DNA of 64,000 nucleotides from Candidatus Obscuribacterales bacterium (GTDB taxonomy: Bacteria > Cyanobacteriota > Vampirovibrionia > Obscuribacterales > Obscuribacteraceae): assembly GCA_965228855.1 (NCBI GenBank), contig CBDDIJ010000002.1, positions 800,001 through 864,000 of the forward strand, given 5' to 3'. Every line of letters starts with the position of its first letter. The first letter of the stretch is position 1. This document shows positions 10,767 to 21,269 of this stretch, in pieces. The notes below the pieces were generated by a model. It worked only from the letters and a program-made list of their open reading frames with translations, was not told where the DNA came from and did not search any database. A program made the position numbers and the translations under genes.

Positions 10767-10999
10767 CAGTGGCGATCACACCCTTGTCACTTCCGAGTAT
10801 TAGTCTAGCTCTTATACGACCGCAGCGTTCAGTGTTGTCTAAATTAAATATAGGTCAAACGGGGAACAATACACTCGGGAGGTCGTCAGTTTCTGAACTT
10901 CAGTACGTGAGTATGACCAGCGTCTCCAACAATATCAACGGAAGGCGCTTGAAAAAACAGGGTACATCCGGGAACTTCCTTGCACGAACGGGTGTTCAC

Positions 11000-12181
11000 A
11001 TGAGACTACATAAGACCGCAGTTTTGATTGCAATTGCTGTATCTGTGCCACTATCGGCGCATGGTCAAGAATCTGTCGCGAAAGAAACAGCCCAGCGCTA
11101 TGTCGAGGAGGGTCGAACGGAGCTTCTTGCGGGTCATACTATGGCTGCTGAGGTGGCGTTTCGACGAGCGATCAGAAAGGACCCCGAAGATCCTTTCGCG
11201 CACTATCTTCTCGCTAATTTGTTAGTAAGAACCGGAAAACATGACGAGGCGCGCCGGTTATATTTGCGGACTCTCGAATTAGATCCGGGAACTTCGTTAA
11301 CCGCCTACAGTACGCAGGCGCTCAAGGCTTACGGAAGACCGAGGTTGAAGTCTCAACCTCGCGTTTCCATGCCTTCGATTTCATCTGTATCACCTGGCGA
11401 TCCGTTGTCTCCGCCACCGACTATACCGCCTATTCCGGACATTCCATATCCGGTCGCGTCACCGCCAATGGTTTCGAGACCGGCTTATACAGGGGCTCGC
11501 GCTGTCCGGTCGCAGGGAAATTCGATAAGAGAATATTCAGAGGGCAATCAGCCAGGTGGTGTTACGGTATCGGGTCGCGTGAGTGCATATGGCTCGCCTG
11601 GATCGTCAACGTCCTCGGTTCCGTTGCAACCGGCTCAACCTGCGGCTTTGCCGGCAGTGACTGCTCGACCTGGCAGCGAAGAAGTCAACGGTGCGCTTTC
11701 AAAAATCGACGAAGGTGCCACATTCGAGAAGAATCGCAAACAGAATTATGCCTCCAACCTAGGACGCATGACCTTGAAGGGTGGAGATTGGAAAGCCAAT
11801 GACATAAAGGCGGTAGCGGAACAGGAAATAGCTATTTTTCATTCAGGGAAGAACGAACAATCCGCGCGCGATTATTTACGCAGACAAGCCGAAGCGCGTG
11901 CTAAGGCTGAGCAGGAGATGGCGAAGGAACGGTACGTTGCCCATCAGGAGTGGGCGGACAATAAACAGAAAGAGATCGACGAGGCCGCCAACAATCTGAA
12001 GGATCAGCTGACAAAGAAATCATCGCCTTACGGGGTGGATCTCGTACCCAATGGAACTTCGCTCTACGTGCGGAATTACAAGGCATCTTCGAACAAGAAA
12101 AAACTGGTTGACCCGCACTTCAGCGTAGTGAGGTTTGTTGATCGTGGCATGGAAGACGATGTTTCTACACCGAAGCAGTAA
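11000..12181 (+). CDS. Secreted TPR protein (paralog 1)
   Basis: Signal peptide from ATG 11000; TPR-like DPEDPFAHYLLANLL; C-terminal GTSLYVRNY motif. Confidence 0.8.
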   Translation: MRLHKTAVLIAIAVSVPLSAHGQESVAKETAQRYVEEGRTELLAGHTMAAEVAFRRAIRKDPEDPFAHYLLANLLVRTGKHDEARRLYLRTLELDPGTSLTAYSTQALKAYGRPRLKSQPRVSMPSISSVSPGDPLSPPPTIPPIPDIPYPVASPPMVSRPAYTGARAVRSQGNSIREYSEGNQPGGVTVSGRVSAYGSPGSSTSSVPLQPAQPAALPAVTARPGSEEVNGALSKIDEGATFEKNRKQNYASNLGRMTLKGGDWKANDIKAVAEQEIAIFHSGKNEQSARDYLRRQAEARAKAEQEMAKERYVAHQEWADNKQKEIDEAANNLKDQLTKKSSPYGVDLVPNGTSLYVRNYKASSNKKKLVDPHFSVVRFVDRGMEDDVSTPKQ

Positions 12182-12290
12182 TTCTTCCTGAACCGGTTTG
12201 TGGCGAACTGCCGGTTGTGTCCCGGGCTTGCCGAGCATAGAATATAAGTAGGAGCCGGAAGGCGGAGTTGGATGTCGAGGCGAGTTGCCC

Positions 12291-13499
12291 ATGCGTTATG
12301 TGATACTTCCAGTTTGCATTTCGCTTGGAGCGAATTCAGCATTTGCTCTGTCGTCGCATCCGGATGTGCTACTCTACCCTGCGACCGCTCCGTCAGGGCA
12401 AATTCAAGAGCGTAAGACGTTTTCGCCTGGTGCGTCTGGCGCAAGCTATGCCGCAAGTGGATTGGCTTTTCAGAAATCGAAGCAGTACAAACTTTCCGAA
12501 CACCATTTGAAATTGGCAGTAAAGGCCGAACCTACTAATAGCCTTTATTACTACTATTTAGCGAACGTCTACGTTCATCTGAAGCTACATGAAAAGGCCA
12601 TCGAGTGCTACAGGCGTTCTTACGAGTTGAATCCTTTCAGCACGGTATCGGGATTTTGCCGGCAAGCTCTTTTGACCTACAACGTAGCCGTTCCTGTCGT
12701 TGAAAGGCCGCTGCAAAAGCCAAAGATGCTTCCGTCATACAAAGAAGGTTCGCCACAAAACAAACCGTGGAAAAGCAAAGTTGCGCCGAAGGCACCAATT
12801 GCCGATGAAGATACCAACTCGGTAGGCGAGGATGAATCGGGCTCTCGAGAAATTTCAGCTAAAGATCATCACGTCAATAACGCCAGCGCAATGATACGGC
12901 GCCAGGCTGCCGATGAAAAAGCGAGGAAGAAACAGTACGCGGATCATCTGGCCACTAATGTAATTTCGACTGGTGCTGCTAAGGCCAACAAAATTAGAGC
13001 CGACGCAGAAGAGCAAATCAAGGAGTTGTACGAAGGACCAGTTCTCTACGATACGCAGGGAAATCCTCGCGGCAGAGGAGCTCCCGCCTGGCAATTGAAC
13101 CCGGTTTTGCAAGATCATTTGAAAGAGCGAGCCGATCAAATCCGCAGAGAGGCAGAGGCAAGAGCACAACTGGAGCTGTCGGTTTCCAACGACAAGTCCA
13201 GTCAATATCAGAAATGGTATTCTGCGCGAGAAGAAGATATCGATTACGTCAGTGACAGTTTAGAGTCACAGATGAAGTCATCGACTTCGACCTCGCGGTC
13301 AGGGGTGCTGCTGAACCCGGTAGGCACTGGACTGTACGTTCGCAACTACTCAACTTTTAAACCGAAGCATCCAATTCCCGACGCGCATTCCAGTGTTGTG
13401 CGGATGATCGATCGTGGTTTCGTCGACCAAGAACCGAGTCCCGAACTCAAGGAGCCGCGTTTGCAAGATCGTGGCGCGGGTAAGTCTGAGAGTAAATAG
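12291..13499 (+). CDS. Secreted TPR protein (paralog 2)
   Basis: Signal peptide; EPTNSLYYYYLANVY TPR; C-terminal GTGLYVRNY motif shared with upstream gene. Confidence 0.8.
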   Translation: MRYVILPVCISLGANSAFALSSHPDVLLYPATAPSGQIQERKTFSPGASGASYAASGLAFQKSKQYKLSEHHLKLAVKAEPTNSLYYYYLANVYVHLKLHEKAIECYRRSYELNPFSTVSGFCRQALLTYNVAVPVVERPLQKPKMLPSYKEGSPQNKPWKSKVAPKAPIADEDTNSVGEDESGSREISAKDHHVNNASAMIRRQAADEKARKKQYADHLATNVISTGAAKANKIRADAEEQIKELYEGPVLYDTQGNPRGRGAPAWQLNPVLQDHLKERADQIRREAEARAQLELSVSNDKSSQYQKWYSAREEDIDYVSDSLESQMKSSTSTSRSGVLLNPVGTGLYVRNYSTFKPKHPIPDAHSSVVRMIDRGFVDQEPSPELKEPRLQDRGAGKSESK

Positions 13500-13910
13500 C
13501 CATTTCTCGCTCTTGACAGAGACCGGTTTTCGTGTTTAGCACATGCACCGCAGATGGTGCCAAAAAAATTGCGTTTAGCGAAAAAATTTACACTGCTGCA
13601 AAAGGCAGAAAATCATTTGACAGTCGCATCGCGGTTTTTTATGATCGAACTAGTCTCGGTTGAGGACAGAGCATTAAAGTTTTGTCCGATTGTATCGAGT
13701 ATATGGGGTTCCGGCTCGAAACACAGACGTATACTTATGACCCTCTTCGCGGCACTTTTGTGCGACTGCTGATAGAGCGAAAGCTAATGAGTAGGCGATG
13801 AGGAGTAGGAAACGGGAATGTGTCAGGAGGTTCCCCACCTGGGATTTTCCGGGTCAAAACTCGCTTAACCGGTCCTTGGCTGAGACCTTACTATTAATAG
13901 AGAATAGGGC

Positions 13911-14489
13911 ATGTCCCTCGAGAAGCAAACTGGCGACAACAGCGTGGTGGAGTTCACACTCGCCGACGTAGGCGCTACGCGGGAGCTCGGGCGGATTCTG
14001 GCGGAATCGTTGGAGAGTGGCGCCGTGATCGCGCTGACAGGAAATCTTGGTGCTGGAAAGACGACCCTGGTGCAAGCTCTCGGAAAGGCGCTTGGTATCA
14101 GTGAAGTCATAAGCAGTCCTACGTTCACAATGATGAACGAATATCATTCCGGTCGTCTTCCCCTTTTTCACTTCGACTTCTATAGAGTGATGGAAATGGC
14201 TGAGCGACAGGAGCAAGACCTTTCGCTCGATCTGGTGGCCAGTGAGTTCGATGAGATCAGCGAGTCTGGTCGAGCACTAATGATGATTGAGTGGCCGGAA
14301 TACTTCCGCGTTGAGGGGGCAAACTATCTCGAATCCGTGGACAGGTTGAACGTAACCCTGACTGCGAGCGCTTCTCCGGATGGATTAGAAGACTGCCGAA
14401 ATGTCGTGATGTCTGCCACTGGTGCGGTTTCAGCCGCTTTGATCGATCGACTGAAGAGTCGGGTTGGTGATTTCAGGCAACCACAATAA
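13911..14489 (+). CDS. tsaE: tRNA threonylcarbamoyladenosine biosynthesis ATPase
   Basis: LTGNLGAGKTT, SSPTFTMMNEY, LFHFDFYR, IEWP. Confidence 0.95.
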   Translation: MSLEKQTGDNSVVEFTLADVGATRELGRILAESLESGAVIALTGNLGAGKTTLVQALGKALGISEVISSPTFTMMNEYHSGRLPLFHFDFYRVMEMAERQEQDLSLDLVASEFDEISESGRALMMIEWPEYFRVEGANYLESVDRLNVTLTASASPDGLEDCRNVVMSATGAVSAALIDRLKSRVGDFRQPQ

Positions 14490-14630
14490 ATGAAATAGAT
14501 CATTCTATATATGTAACGAAGTCCCGCAAAAAGATTTCTTCTCTGGTAAAACCATAGCTGTACGTTGGGTTTACTCCGATCGGTTCGGAACATTAACCGG
14601 AGGAGTTCATCTTTTCAATCTGGTGTGCCG

Positions 14631-14639
14631 TGATATACT
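14631..14639 (+). promoter_or_regulatory. Candidate extended -10 promoter for topA
   Basis: TG-A-TATACT ~40 bp upstream of the start. Confidence 0.4.
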
Positions 14640-14677
14640 CAACCCCCACTGACACACCTTGACAAAATATCAGGTAG

Positions 14678-17038
14678 ATGCACGTGGAAGACAGCAACAA
14701 ATCCCTAGTAATAGTAGAGTCTCCGGCGAAAGCCAAGACCATAAGTAAGATCCTCGGACGCGATTTTCAGGTTAAGGCGAGCATCGGACATGTTCGCGAC
14801 CTCCCGAAGAATCGGTTAGGCGTGAATGTCCGAAAGAACTTCGAGCCGCAGTATGAAATTCTGCGCGAGAAGGAACCTATAGTTAAAGAATTGAGAGAAG
14901 CGGCGCAGGATGCGGTGAAAGTCTACCTCGCGCCTGACCCTGACCGTGAAGGTGAGGCGATTGCGTGGCATCTTTCTGAGCTGCTCGACTTGCCGAAGTC
15001 GAAGCTGCACAGAATTGAGTTCAACGAAATCACAAAAGAAGCCGTCCTTGCGGCAATCAAATCGCCAAGACAGATCGACAAACGTCTTGTAGATGCTCAG
15101 CAAGCTCGACGTGTGCTCGACAGACTTGTAGGCTACAAGATCAGTCCTTTGCTCTGGAGAAAGGTCAACGGTCGTTCTGCCGGACGGGTGCAGTCAGTTG
15201 CCGTCAGGCTTATTTGCGAGCGCGAGCAGGATGTGACAAGTTTCGAGCCCAAAGAATACTGGTCGATCAAGGCCAGTCTCTCGAAGGCGAAAGCTAAGCA
15301 GGCGTTCACTGCGCCCCTATACAAGTGGAAAGAGAAGCGCATAATTGCTGCGTCCGACAAAGCGACGGCGCAGACTATGACGATCGACAGTGAGAAAGAA
15401 GCGAAGGCAATCGTCAAAGCAGTCGAAAACCAGGACTTCAAGGTTAGCTCGGTGACCGAAAAGTCGAGCCAGCGAAAGCCGCAGCCGCCGTTCATCACCT
15501 CGACTTTGCAAAGAGAGGCGTCGAATGCGCTCGGTTATCCGGTGAAGAAGACCATGCAATTGGCGCAGGCGCTTTATGAAGGTATAGAACTGGGTCCGGA
15601 CGGACCGACCGGTTTGATTACCTACATGCGTACTGACTCGACTCGTGTGTCGCAGCAAGCGCAAGATGATGCGCGCGCGTTCATCGAAGAGAAGTACGGC
15701 AAAGACTACATTCCTGCTAAACCCTGGGTCTATACGCGTAAAGCGAAAAACGTTCAGGATGCTCACGAAGCCATCCGCCCATCGTATCCTGATAAGATGC
15801 CGGACGAAGTGAAGAAGTATCTGACCTCGGATCAGTACAAACTCTATAAGTTGATCTGGCAACGTTTCATGGCTAGCCAGATGTCGCCGGTTAAACTGCA
15901 GACGACTACCGTCGAAATTGATGCAGGCGAAGCGATTTTCCGTGCTTCGGCGACTGAGAAGAAGTTCGATGGTTTCACCGTAGTTTATGATCGCTTGCCG
16001 AAAGGCGCAGCGGAAACCGGAGACGAAGAACCAGGTGAGGGTGAAGATGCTCAGGAAGAGCATACCGACAACTTGCCTGCGCTTAAGAAAAACGAAGAGC
16101 TGAAGCTGAAAGACGTTAATCCGAACCAGCATTTCACCCAGCCACCTCCGCGCTACAGCGAAGCAACGCTGGTTAAGACACTGGAAGAACTCGGCATCGG
16201 CCGTCCTTCTACGTATGCAGCCACGGTTACGACGATCATCGATCGTAAGTATGTGGAGCGTATCAACAAAGCTCTTGTCCCGACGAAACTCGGTCAGGCT
16301 GTCAATCTCTTGTTGGTTGAGCACTTCGGCAACATTGTCGATGTTCGTTTCACCGCCAACATGGAAGCGAAGCTCGACCAGATCGAAGAAGACAAAGTCG
16401 ACTGGCACGGCATGCTCAAAGACTTCTACCAACCATTTGGTGAGACTTTGAAAAAGGCCGAAGAGAATATGAACAAAGTGATTATTCTCTCTGAGCATAA
16501 CTGTCCGGCCTGTGGGCAGCAGATGGCGATTCGTTCTTCGCGATTCGGTCAATTCCTTGGTTGCATTGGTTACCCCGAATGCAAAACCAAAATCGCTTTG
16601 ACCAAAGAAGGAACACCGGTTCCGGAAGACAGACCGTCGGAAGAAAAGTGCAAAGCATGCGGCTCTGACATGATCATTAGATATGGTCGTTATGGCGACT
16701 ACCTTGCTTGTAGCAAGGAAGAATGCGGCGAGAAGCAACCAATCCTGAAAACAACGGGCGTTGATTGCCCTCGAGAAGGTTGTGGTGGAGCGATTGTCGA
16801 AAAGAAATCGCGCCGCGGCAAAATCTTCTACGGTTGCAGTAACTACTCGCAAAATCAGTGCACGTCGGCATACTGGTACTCACCGGTTATCTCCGGTGGT
16901 CCCTACGGCAAAAATACTTGTCCGCAGTGCAACAGCATCTTGCTCTACAAGACGTTGAAGCGCGGCGACCAGGTTCAATGCTCCAGCAAAGAATGCACAT
17001 TCGCCGAATTGGCAACTGGTAAGGAAGTGCACGCGTAA
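14678..17038 (+). CDS. topA: DNA topoisomerase I (type IA) with C-terminal zinc ribbons
   Basis: VIVESPAKAKTI, DPDREGE, SAGRVQS, ITYMRTDS, DAHEAIRP, GIGRPSTY; several CxxC ribbons. Confidence 0.98.
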   Translation: MHVEDSNKSLVIVESPAKAKTISKILGRDFQVKASIGHVRDLPKNRLGVNVRKNFEPQYEILREKEPIVKELREAAQDAVKVYLAPDPDREGEAIAWHLSELLDLPKSKLHRIEFNEITKEAVLAAIKSPRQIDKRLVDAQQARRVLDRLVGYKISPLLWRKVNGRSAGRVQSVAVRLICEREQDVTSFEPKEYWSIKASLSKAKAKQAFTAPLYKWKEKRIIAASDKATAQTMTIDSEKEAKAIVKAVENQDFKVSSVTEKSSQRKPQPPFITSTLQREASNALGYPVKKTMQLAQALYEGIELGPDGPTGLITYMRTDSTRVSQQAQDDARAFIEEKYGKDYIPAKPWVYTRKAKNVQDAHEAIRPSYPDKMPDEVKKYLTSDQYKLYKLIWQRFMASQMSPVKLQTTTVEIDAGEAIFRASATEKKFDGFTVVYDRLPKGAAETGDEEPGEGEDAQEEHTDNLPALKKNEELKLKDVNPNQHFTQPPPRYSEATLVKTLEELGIGRPSTYAATVTTIIDRKYVERINKALVPTKLGQAVNLLLVEHFGNIVDVRFTANMEAKLDQIEEDKVDWHGMLKDFYQPFGETLKKAEENMNKVIILSEHNCPACGQQMAIRSSRFGQFLGCIGYPECKTKIALTKEGTPVPEDRPSEEKCKACGSDMIIRYGRYGDYLACSKEECGEKQPILKTTGVDCPREGCGGAIVEKKSRRGKIFYGCSNYSQNQCTSAYWYSPVISGGPYGKNTCPQCNSILLYKTLKRGDQVQCSSKECTFAELATGKEVHA

Positions 17039-17060
17039 GCGAGACTTCGATTTGAAACTT

Positions 17061-17088
17061 GAGCGGGCAGGCGTAAGTCTGCCCGTTC
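17061..17088. terminator. Hairpin terminator after topA (likely bidirectional)
   Basis: GAGCGGGCAGGC-gtaa-GTCTGCCCGTTC. Confidence 0.7.
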
Positions 17089-17096
17089 GTTGCTGG

Positions 17097-17300
17097 CTAA
17101 GCGATCAACTTGTCGTAGAATTGCTGCGCCAGAGGTTGACGTGAAGCTGCCTCTTTTCTAAGGGCTTCATCGTTGTTGGCAAGATGACTGGACCAGATTG
17201 CTCTGAGATTCGAGTCGAAGTCTTGCATGGCCTGGTCGGCGACATCCTGGGTTAATGCCTGGCTCATGTCGAGCTCTTCAGTGTGTCTTCTGAGGTTCAT
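17097..17300 (-). CDS. Small hypothetical protein
   Basis: GAGGAAA RBS; ends at the shared hairpin. Confidence 0.5.
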   Translation of the reverse strand: MNLRRHTEELDMSQALTQDVADQAMQDFDSNLRAIWSSHLANNDEALRKEAASRQPLAQQFYDKLIA

Positions 17301-17666
17301 TGAAGTTTCCTCTTTTCACTTTCCTGGGGAGCTTCCAACTTTTTTTGAAAACTTCCATGGTTCGCATGTAGCATTTTTTTCGTCAACTGCTGTTGGCAAC
17401 TGGCAAATCTAATGTTTCTTCCCTGCTGATTAACTTTGTTGGAACTGTCACCTAAAGGAGTAGATCACGCTATGCTTTCGTCCTATTCTTGTTTCCCTTA
17501 TTAGTAATGAGCGACAAATAGCGACGATGTGAAGAGGAGTCAAAGTCGACTGATCTTCAGAAAGTCTTTACCTATGAGGCTTTCGAAATAGTCATCGGGT
17601 TGCGTTTAACCGCATACTCTGATGTTAGAATGTAATCACATTGGTTCTGGGAGAAGATAAACAGCC

Positions 17667-20252
17667 ATGTTTGAACGGTTCACCGAAAAAGCGATCAAAG
17701 TAATCATGCTTGCGCAGGAAGAGGCGCGACGACTTGGTCACAATTTTGTGGGCACTGAGCAGATTCTTCTCGGGTTGATTGGCGAAGGTACTGGTATTGC
17801 CGCCAAAACACTCAAGTCGATGGGAGTCAACTTGAAAGATGCCCGAGTAGAGGTCGAGAAAATCATCGGACGCGGATCCGGTTTCGTGGCTGTGGAGATT
17901 CCATTCACGCCTAGAGCGAAACGAGTCCTCGAGCTGTCCTGGGATGAAGCCAGGCAGTTAGGACACAACTACATCGGAACGGAGCACCTCCTGTTGGGGC
18001 TGATTCGCGAAGGTGAGGGTGTGGCAGCCAGAGTGCTCGAAAACCTCGGTGTCGACCTGACTAAGGTGCGCAGCCACGTCATTCGTCTGCTCGGTGAGAG
18101 CGGCGCTTCGACATCAGGCGCGTCTACCTCGACAAGCACGGGTCGTAGTAAAACACCCACGCTGGACGAGTTTGGTTTAAACCTCACACAAGCCGCTCAG
18201 GAAAACCGTCTGGATCCTGTAGTCGGTCGTGAAAAAGAAATCGAACGTGTGATTCAAATCTTGGGTCGCCGTACGAAAAATAACCCTGTATTGATTGGAG
18301 AACCCGGCGTTGGTAAAACAGCAATCGCCGAAGGTTTGTCGATTCGCATTGCGAATGGCGATGTTCCGGACATCTTGTCTGAACGCAAAATCGTCATGCT
18401 CGACATTGGTCTCCTCGTCGCCGGTACGAAGTATCGCGGCGAATTCGAAGAGCGCTTGAAGAAGATCATGGATGAGATTCGCGCAGCCGGCAACGTTATG
18501 CTGGTAATCGACGAATTGCATACGTTGATCGGCGCCGGCGCCGCAGAAGGTGCCATCGATGCCGCGAACATTTTGAAGCCAGCCCTGGCTCGTGGAGAGT
18601 TGCAGTGCATCGGCGCCACCACCATGGATGAATACCGCAAACATATTGAGCGTGATGCCGCCCTGGAACGTCGTTTTCAACCGGTAATCATCGATCCGCC
18701 CAGTGTGGACGAAACGATTGAAATCCTTCGCGGTTTGCGTCCCAAGTATGAAGAGCACCACAGATTGCAAATCGGTGATGACGCGATCGAATCCGCTGCA
18801 AAACTGTCGGATCGTTATATAACAGATCGCTTCCTTCCGGACAAAGCAATCGACTTGGTTGACGAAGCGTCTTCGCGTGTACGTTTGAGAGCCAGCTCCC
18901 TTCCGCCGGAAGGTAAGGAAGTTGAGAAGGAATTGCGCAAAGTTCGCCGCGATAAAGAGATGGCAATTCGCAACCAGGAATTCGAGAAAGCAGCTTCTCT
19001 TCGTGAACAAGAGACCAAACTCTCGGAAAAAATTCGCGAAATCCAAACGGCCTGGAAAGCTAAGCAAGAGACCGAGAAGCCTTACGTTAACGCTGAGGAA
19101 GTTGCTCACGTAGTTAACGCCTGGACCGGTATCCCGCTACTCAAGCTGACCGAAGCAGAATCCGAGAAATTGCTCCACATGTCCGATGTTCTGCACCAGC
19201 GTGTCATCGGTCAAAACGAAGCCGTCGATGCTGTTTGCAAAGCAATCAGAAGAGCTCGTGTCGGTTTGAAAAACCCGGCGCGTCCAATCGGAAGCTTCAT
19301 CTTCTCCGGTCCCACCGGGGTTGGTAAAACCGAACTTGCAAAGGCGCTTGCCGGCTACTTCTTCGGTTCAGAAGACAACTTGATTCGGATAGATATGTCT
19401 GAGTTTATGGAGCACCATACAACCTCCAAGTTGATTGGCTCTCCGCCCGGCTATGTCGGATATCAGGAAGGCGGTCAGTTGACGGAATCAGTTCGTCGCA
19501 AACCTTATTCCGTAATTCTTTTCGATGAAATTGAAAAAGCACACCCTGACGTATTCAACGTGCTTCTTCAGATTCTCGATGACGGACGTTTGTCGGACAG
19601 CAAAGGACGCACGGTCGACTTCAAGAACACAATCATTATCATGACCTCCAACGTCGGTGCTCAATTCATCGACAAGACCGCGATGACCCTGGGCTTCCAG
19701 GTTCAAAGCGCAGCTGAGGAGCATGAGAATCGCTACAAGATCATCAAAGATAAAGTCATGGACTCGATGAAGAAGACCTTCAGACCAGAGTTCTTGAACC
19801 GTATCGACGAGATCATTGTGTTCCAACAGCTCACCCGCGAAGAAATTCGCCGCATCGTCGACCTCATGTCGGCCGATCTGCAAAGCCGCATCAAGAGTCA
19901 GGGTATGGAGCTCGTTGTTACAGACGAGTGCAAAGACCTGATCGCCAAGGAAGGTTACAACCCGACTTATGGTGCCAGACCGTTGCGTCGAGCTATTCAA
20001 AGAATGCTAGAAGACAATATGGCTGAGCAAGTCTTGATGGGCAAATTCAAGGAAGGCGACATCATCATCACGAAACTAGAGGGTGATACCGTTGTCTTCG
20101 AAAAGACGGGTAAGACCATTGAGAAACCCGCTGAGAACAAAGAGAACGGCGGCGACAAAGCGGACAAGGTAAAGAGTGAGAAGACTGCGAAGTCGAGCAA
20201 AAAATCCTCTGACGGCGACGCCGAGAAGAGTGAAGAAAGTTCGAATAACTAG
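17667..20252 (+). CDS. clpC: ATP-dependent Clp protease ATP-binding subunit (cyanobacterial type)
   Basis: [32 protein letters not shown]; two AAA modules GEPGVGKT and [11 protein letters not shown]-like linker; LGF ClpP-docking loop. Confidence 0.98.
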   Translation: MFERFTEKAIKVIMLAQEEARRLGHNFVGTEQILLGLIGEGTGIAAKTLKSMGVNLKDARVEVEKIIGRGSGFVAVEIPFTPRAKRVLELSWDEARQLGHNYIGTEHLLLGLIREGEGVAARVLENLGVDLTKVRSHVIRLLGESGASTSGASTSTSTGRSKTPTLDEFGLNLTQAAQENRLDPVVGREKEIERVIQILGRRTKNNPVLIGEPGVGKTAIAEGLSIRIANGDVPDILSERKIVMLDIGLLVAGTKYRGEFEERLKKIMDEIRAAGNVMLVIDELHTLIGAGAAEGAIDAANILKPALARGELQCIGATTMDEYRKHIERDAALERRFQPVIIDPPSVDETIEILRGLRPKYEEHHRLQIGDDAIESAAKLSDRYITDRFLPDKAIDLVDEASSRVRLRASSLPPEGKEVEKELRKVRRDKEMAIRNQEFEKAASLREQETKLSEKIREIQTAWKAKQETEKPYVNAEEVAHVVNAWTGIPLLKLTEAESEKLLHMSDVLHQRVIGQNEAVDAVCKAIRRARVGLKNPARPIGSFIFSGPTGVGKTELAKALAGYFFGSEDNLIRIDMSEFMEHHTTSKLIGSPPGYVGYQEGGQLTESVRRKPYSVILFDEIEKAHPDVFNVLLQILDDGRLSDSKGRTVDFKNTIIIMTSNVGAQFIDKTAMTLGFQVQSAAEEHENRYKIIKDKVMDSMKKTFRPEFLNRIDEIIVFQQLTREEIRRIVDLMSADLQSRIKSQGMELVVTDECKDLIAKEGYNPTYGARPLRRAIQRMLEDNMAEQVLMGKFKEGDIIITKLEGDTVVFEKTGKTIEKPAENKENGGDKADKVKSEKTAKSSKKSSDGDAEKSEESSNN

Positions 20253-20327
20253 AGGCTGTATGCCGCGAATGCGGCAAGGTTAATGACTCGAGGGTCAACA
20301 ACTAGTTCGCAGTAAAATCGAAAGAAT

Positions 20328-20358
20328 AAAAAGAGCGACTTCGGTCGCTCTTTTTTTT
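20328..20358 (+). terminator. Intrinsic terminator after clpC
   Basis: AAAAAGAGCGAC-ttcg-GTCGCTC-T8. Confidence 0.9.
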
Positions 20359-20588
20359 CTGTGAACGAAGTGCCAATCTCGAAGTTGGAACGCTATCGCA
20401 CCTTCGGAAACGCTGATGTGCTGCGGTTGTTCCAGCGGTAACGCTTTCTTGGTTTAAATCTGAAAATTCGTCGGTTATTTTTGTTGGAGGAACATCCCCC
20501 ATTCAGGGGACATCAAAATCATTTAGATGCGTGATGATTCTTGCCGGCGATTAGGGCAAACTATATGTAGAGGACGACCAAGGGGACT

Positions 20589-20882
20589 GTGATGAGCGAT
20601 TTGTTTAACAACTGTGTGAGTAAGATCAAAAACCTTTTCTCAAAAGAGAGCGCCGAAGATGTTTGCGATGACCGAATCGAGTCGGCTCGAATAACATCAA
20701 ACAGGCTCCAGGCGCTTCAGAGAATGCGCTCAAACTCCCCAACCACCCCGGACTACAAGCTTGAAGGCGCCAGTCAAACGACTTTTAGCAAGAACACGAA
20801 GCCTGAAAAACGCCTCACGAAGCTCGATGACGTAGAATTGGACTTCGGTATGAAGATCGGTCACTCGACCACTCTCCCATAA
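20589..20882 (+). CDS. Hypothetical protein
   Basis: AGGGGA RBS; 97-aa ORF. Confidence 0.55.
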   Translation: MMSDLFNNCVSKIKNLFSKESAEDVCDDRIESARITSNRLQALQRMRSNSPTTPDYKLEGASQTTFSKNTKPEKRLTKLDDVELDFGMKIGHSTTLP

Positions 20883-21269
20883 GTAATCAATCTGCAGTTT
20901 GTCCTCTTCATTCATTTAAACTACCTGTTTGAATTTGAGACGTTTATCGGCGTCGAGTTAATCCAGATGTATTTGCCTTGTGTTGATATCGTAATTGTTT
21001 CTCGTTGGTATCATTGTGGTGTCAACTATGGAATAGTACCAGAAAAGATAGTAGGTACCTGGGAAATTGAAAACGACAAAGTCACGCACCCCGAAAGGAG
21101 CGTAACCTCGTCGTTCCAACGCCTCGTGAGAGACTCGCTTGCGCTTCGCTTTTGGAGTCGTTAACGCTGACCTTTTACGCCAGGCATAGCTTGGCGCTGG
21201 GCAGTGGCTAACGGCTCCTAGACGACGTCATCCGTTCAGCTATTGGGATGACTAAAAACTTGAACCAGC

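Noticed and set aside
10730..10999. N-terminal extensions of ORF-track calls (also 23142-23306, 29587-29703, 42330-42401)
   Set aside because: Downstream ATGs give proper signal peptides, RBS or family N-termini
20938..21054. GACG..CGTC with AGATAGTAG ~110 bp downstream
   Set aside because: Spacer is 8 rather than 14 bp and the outer half-sites are absent
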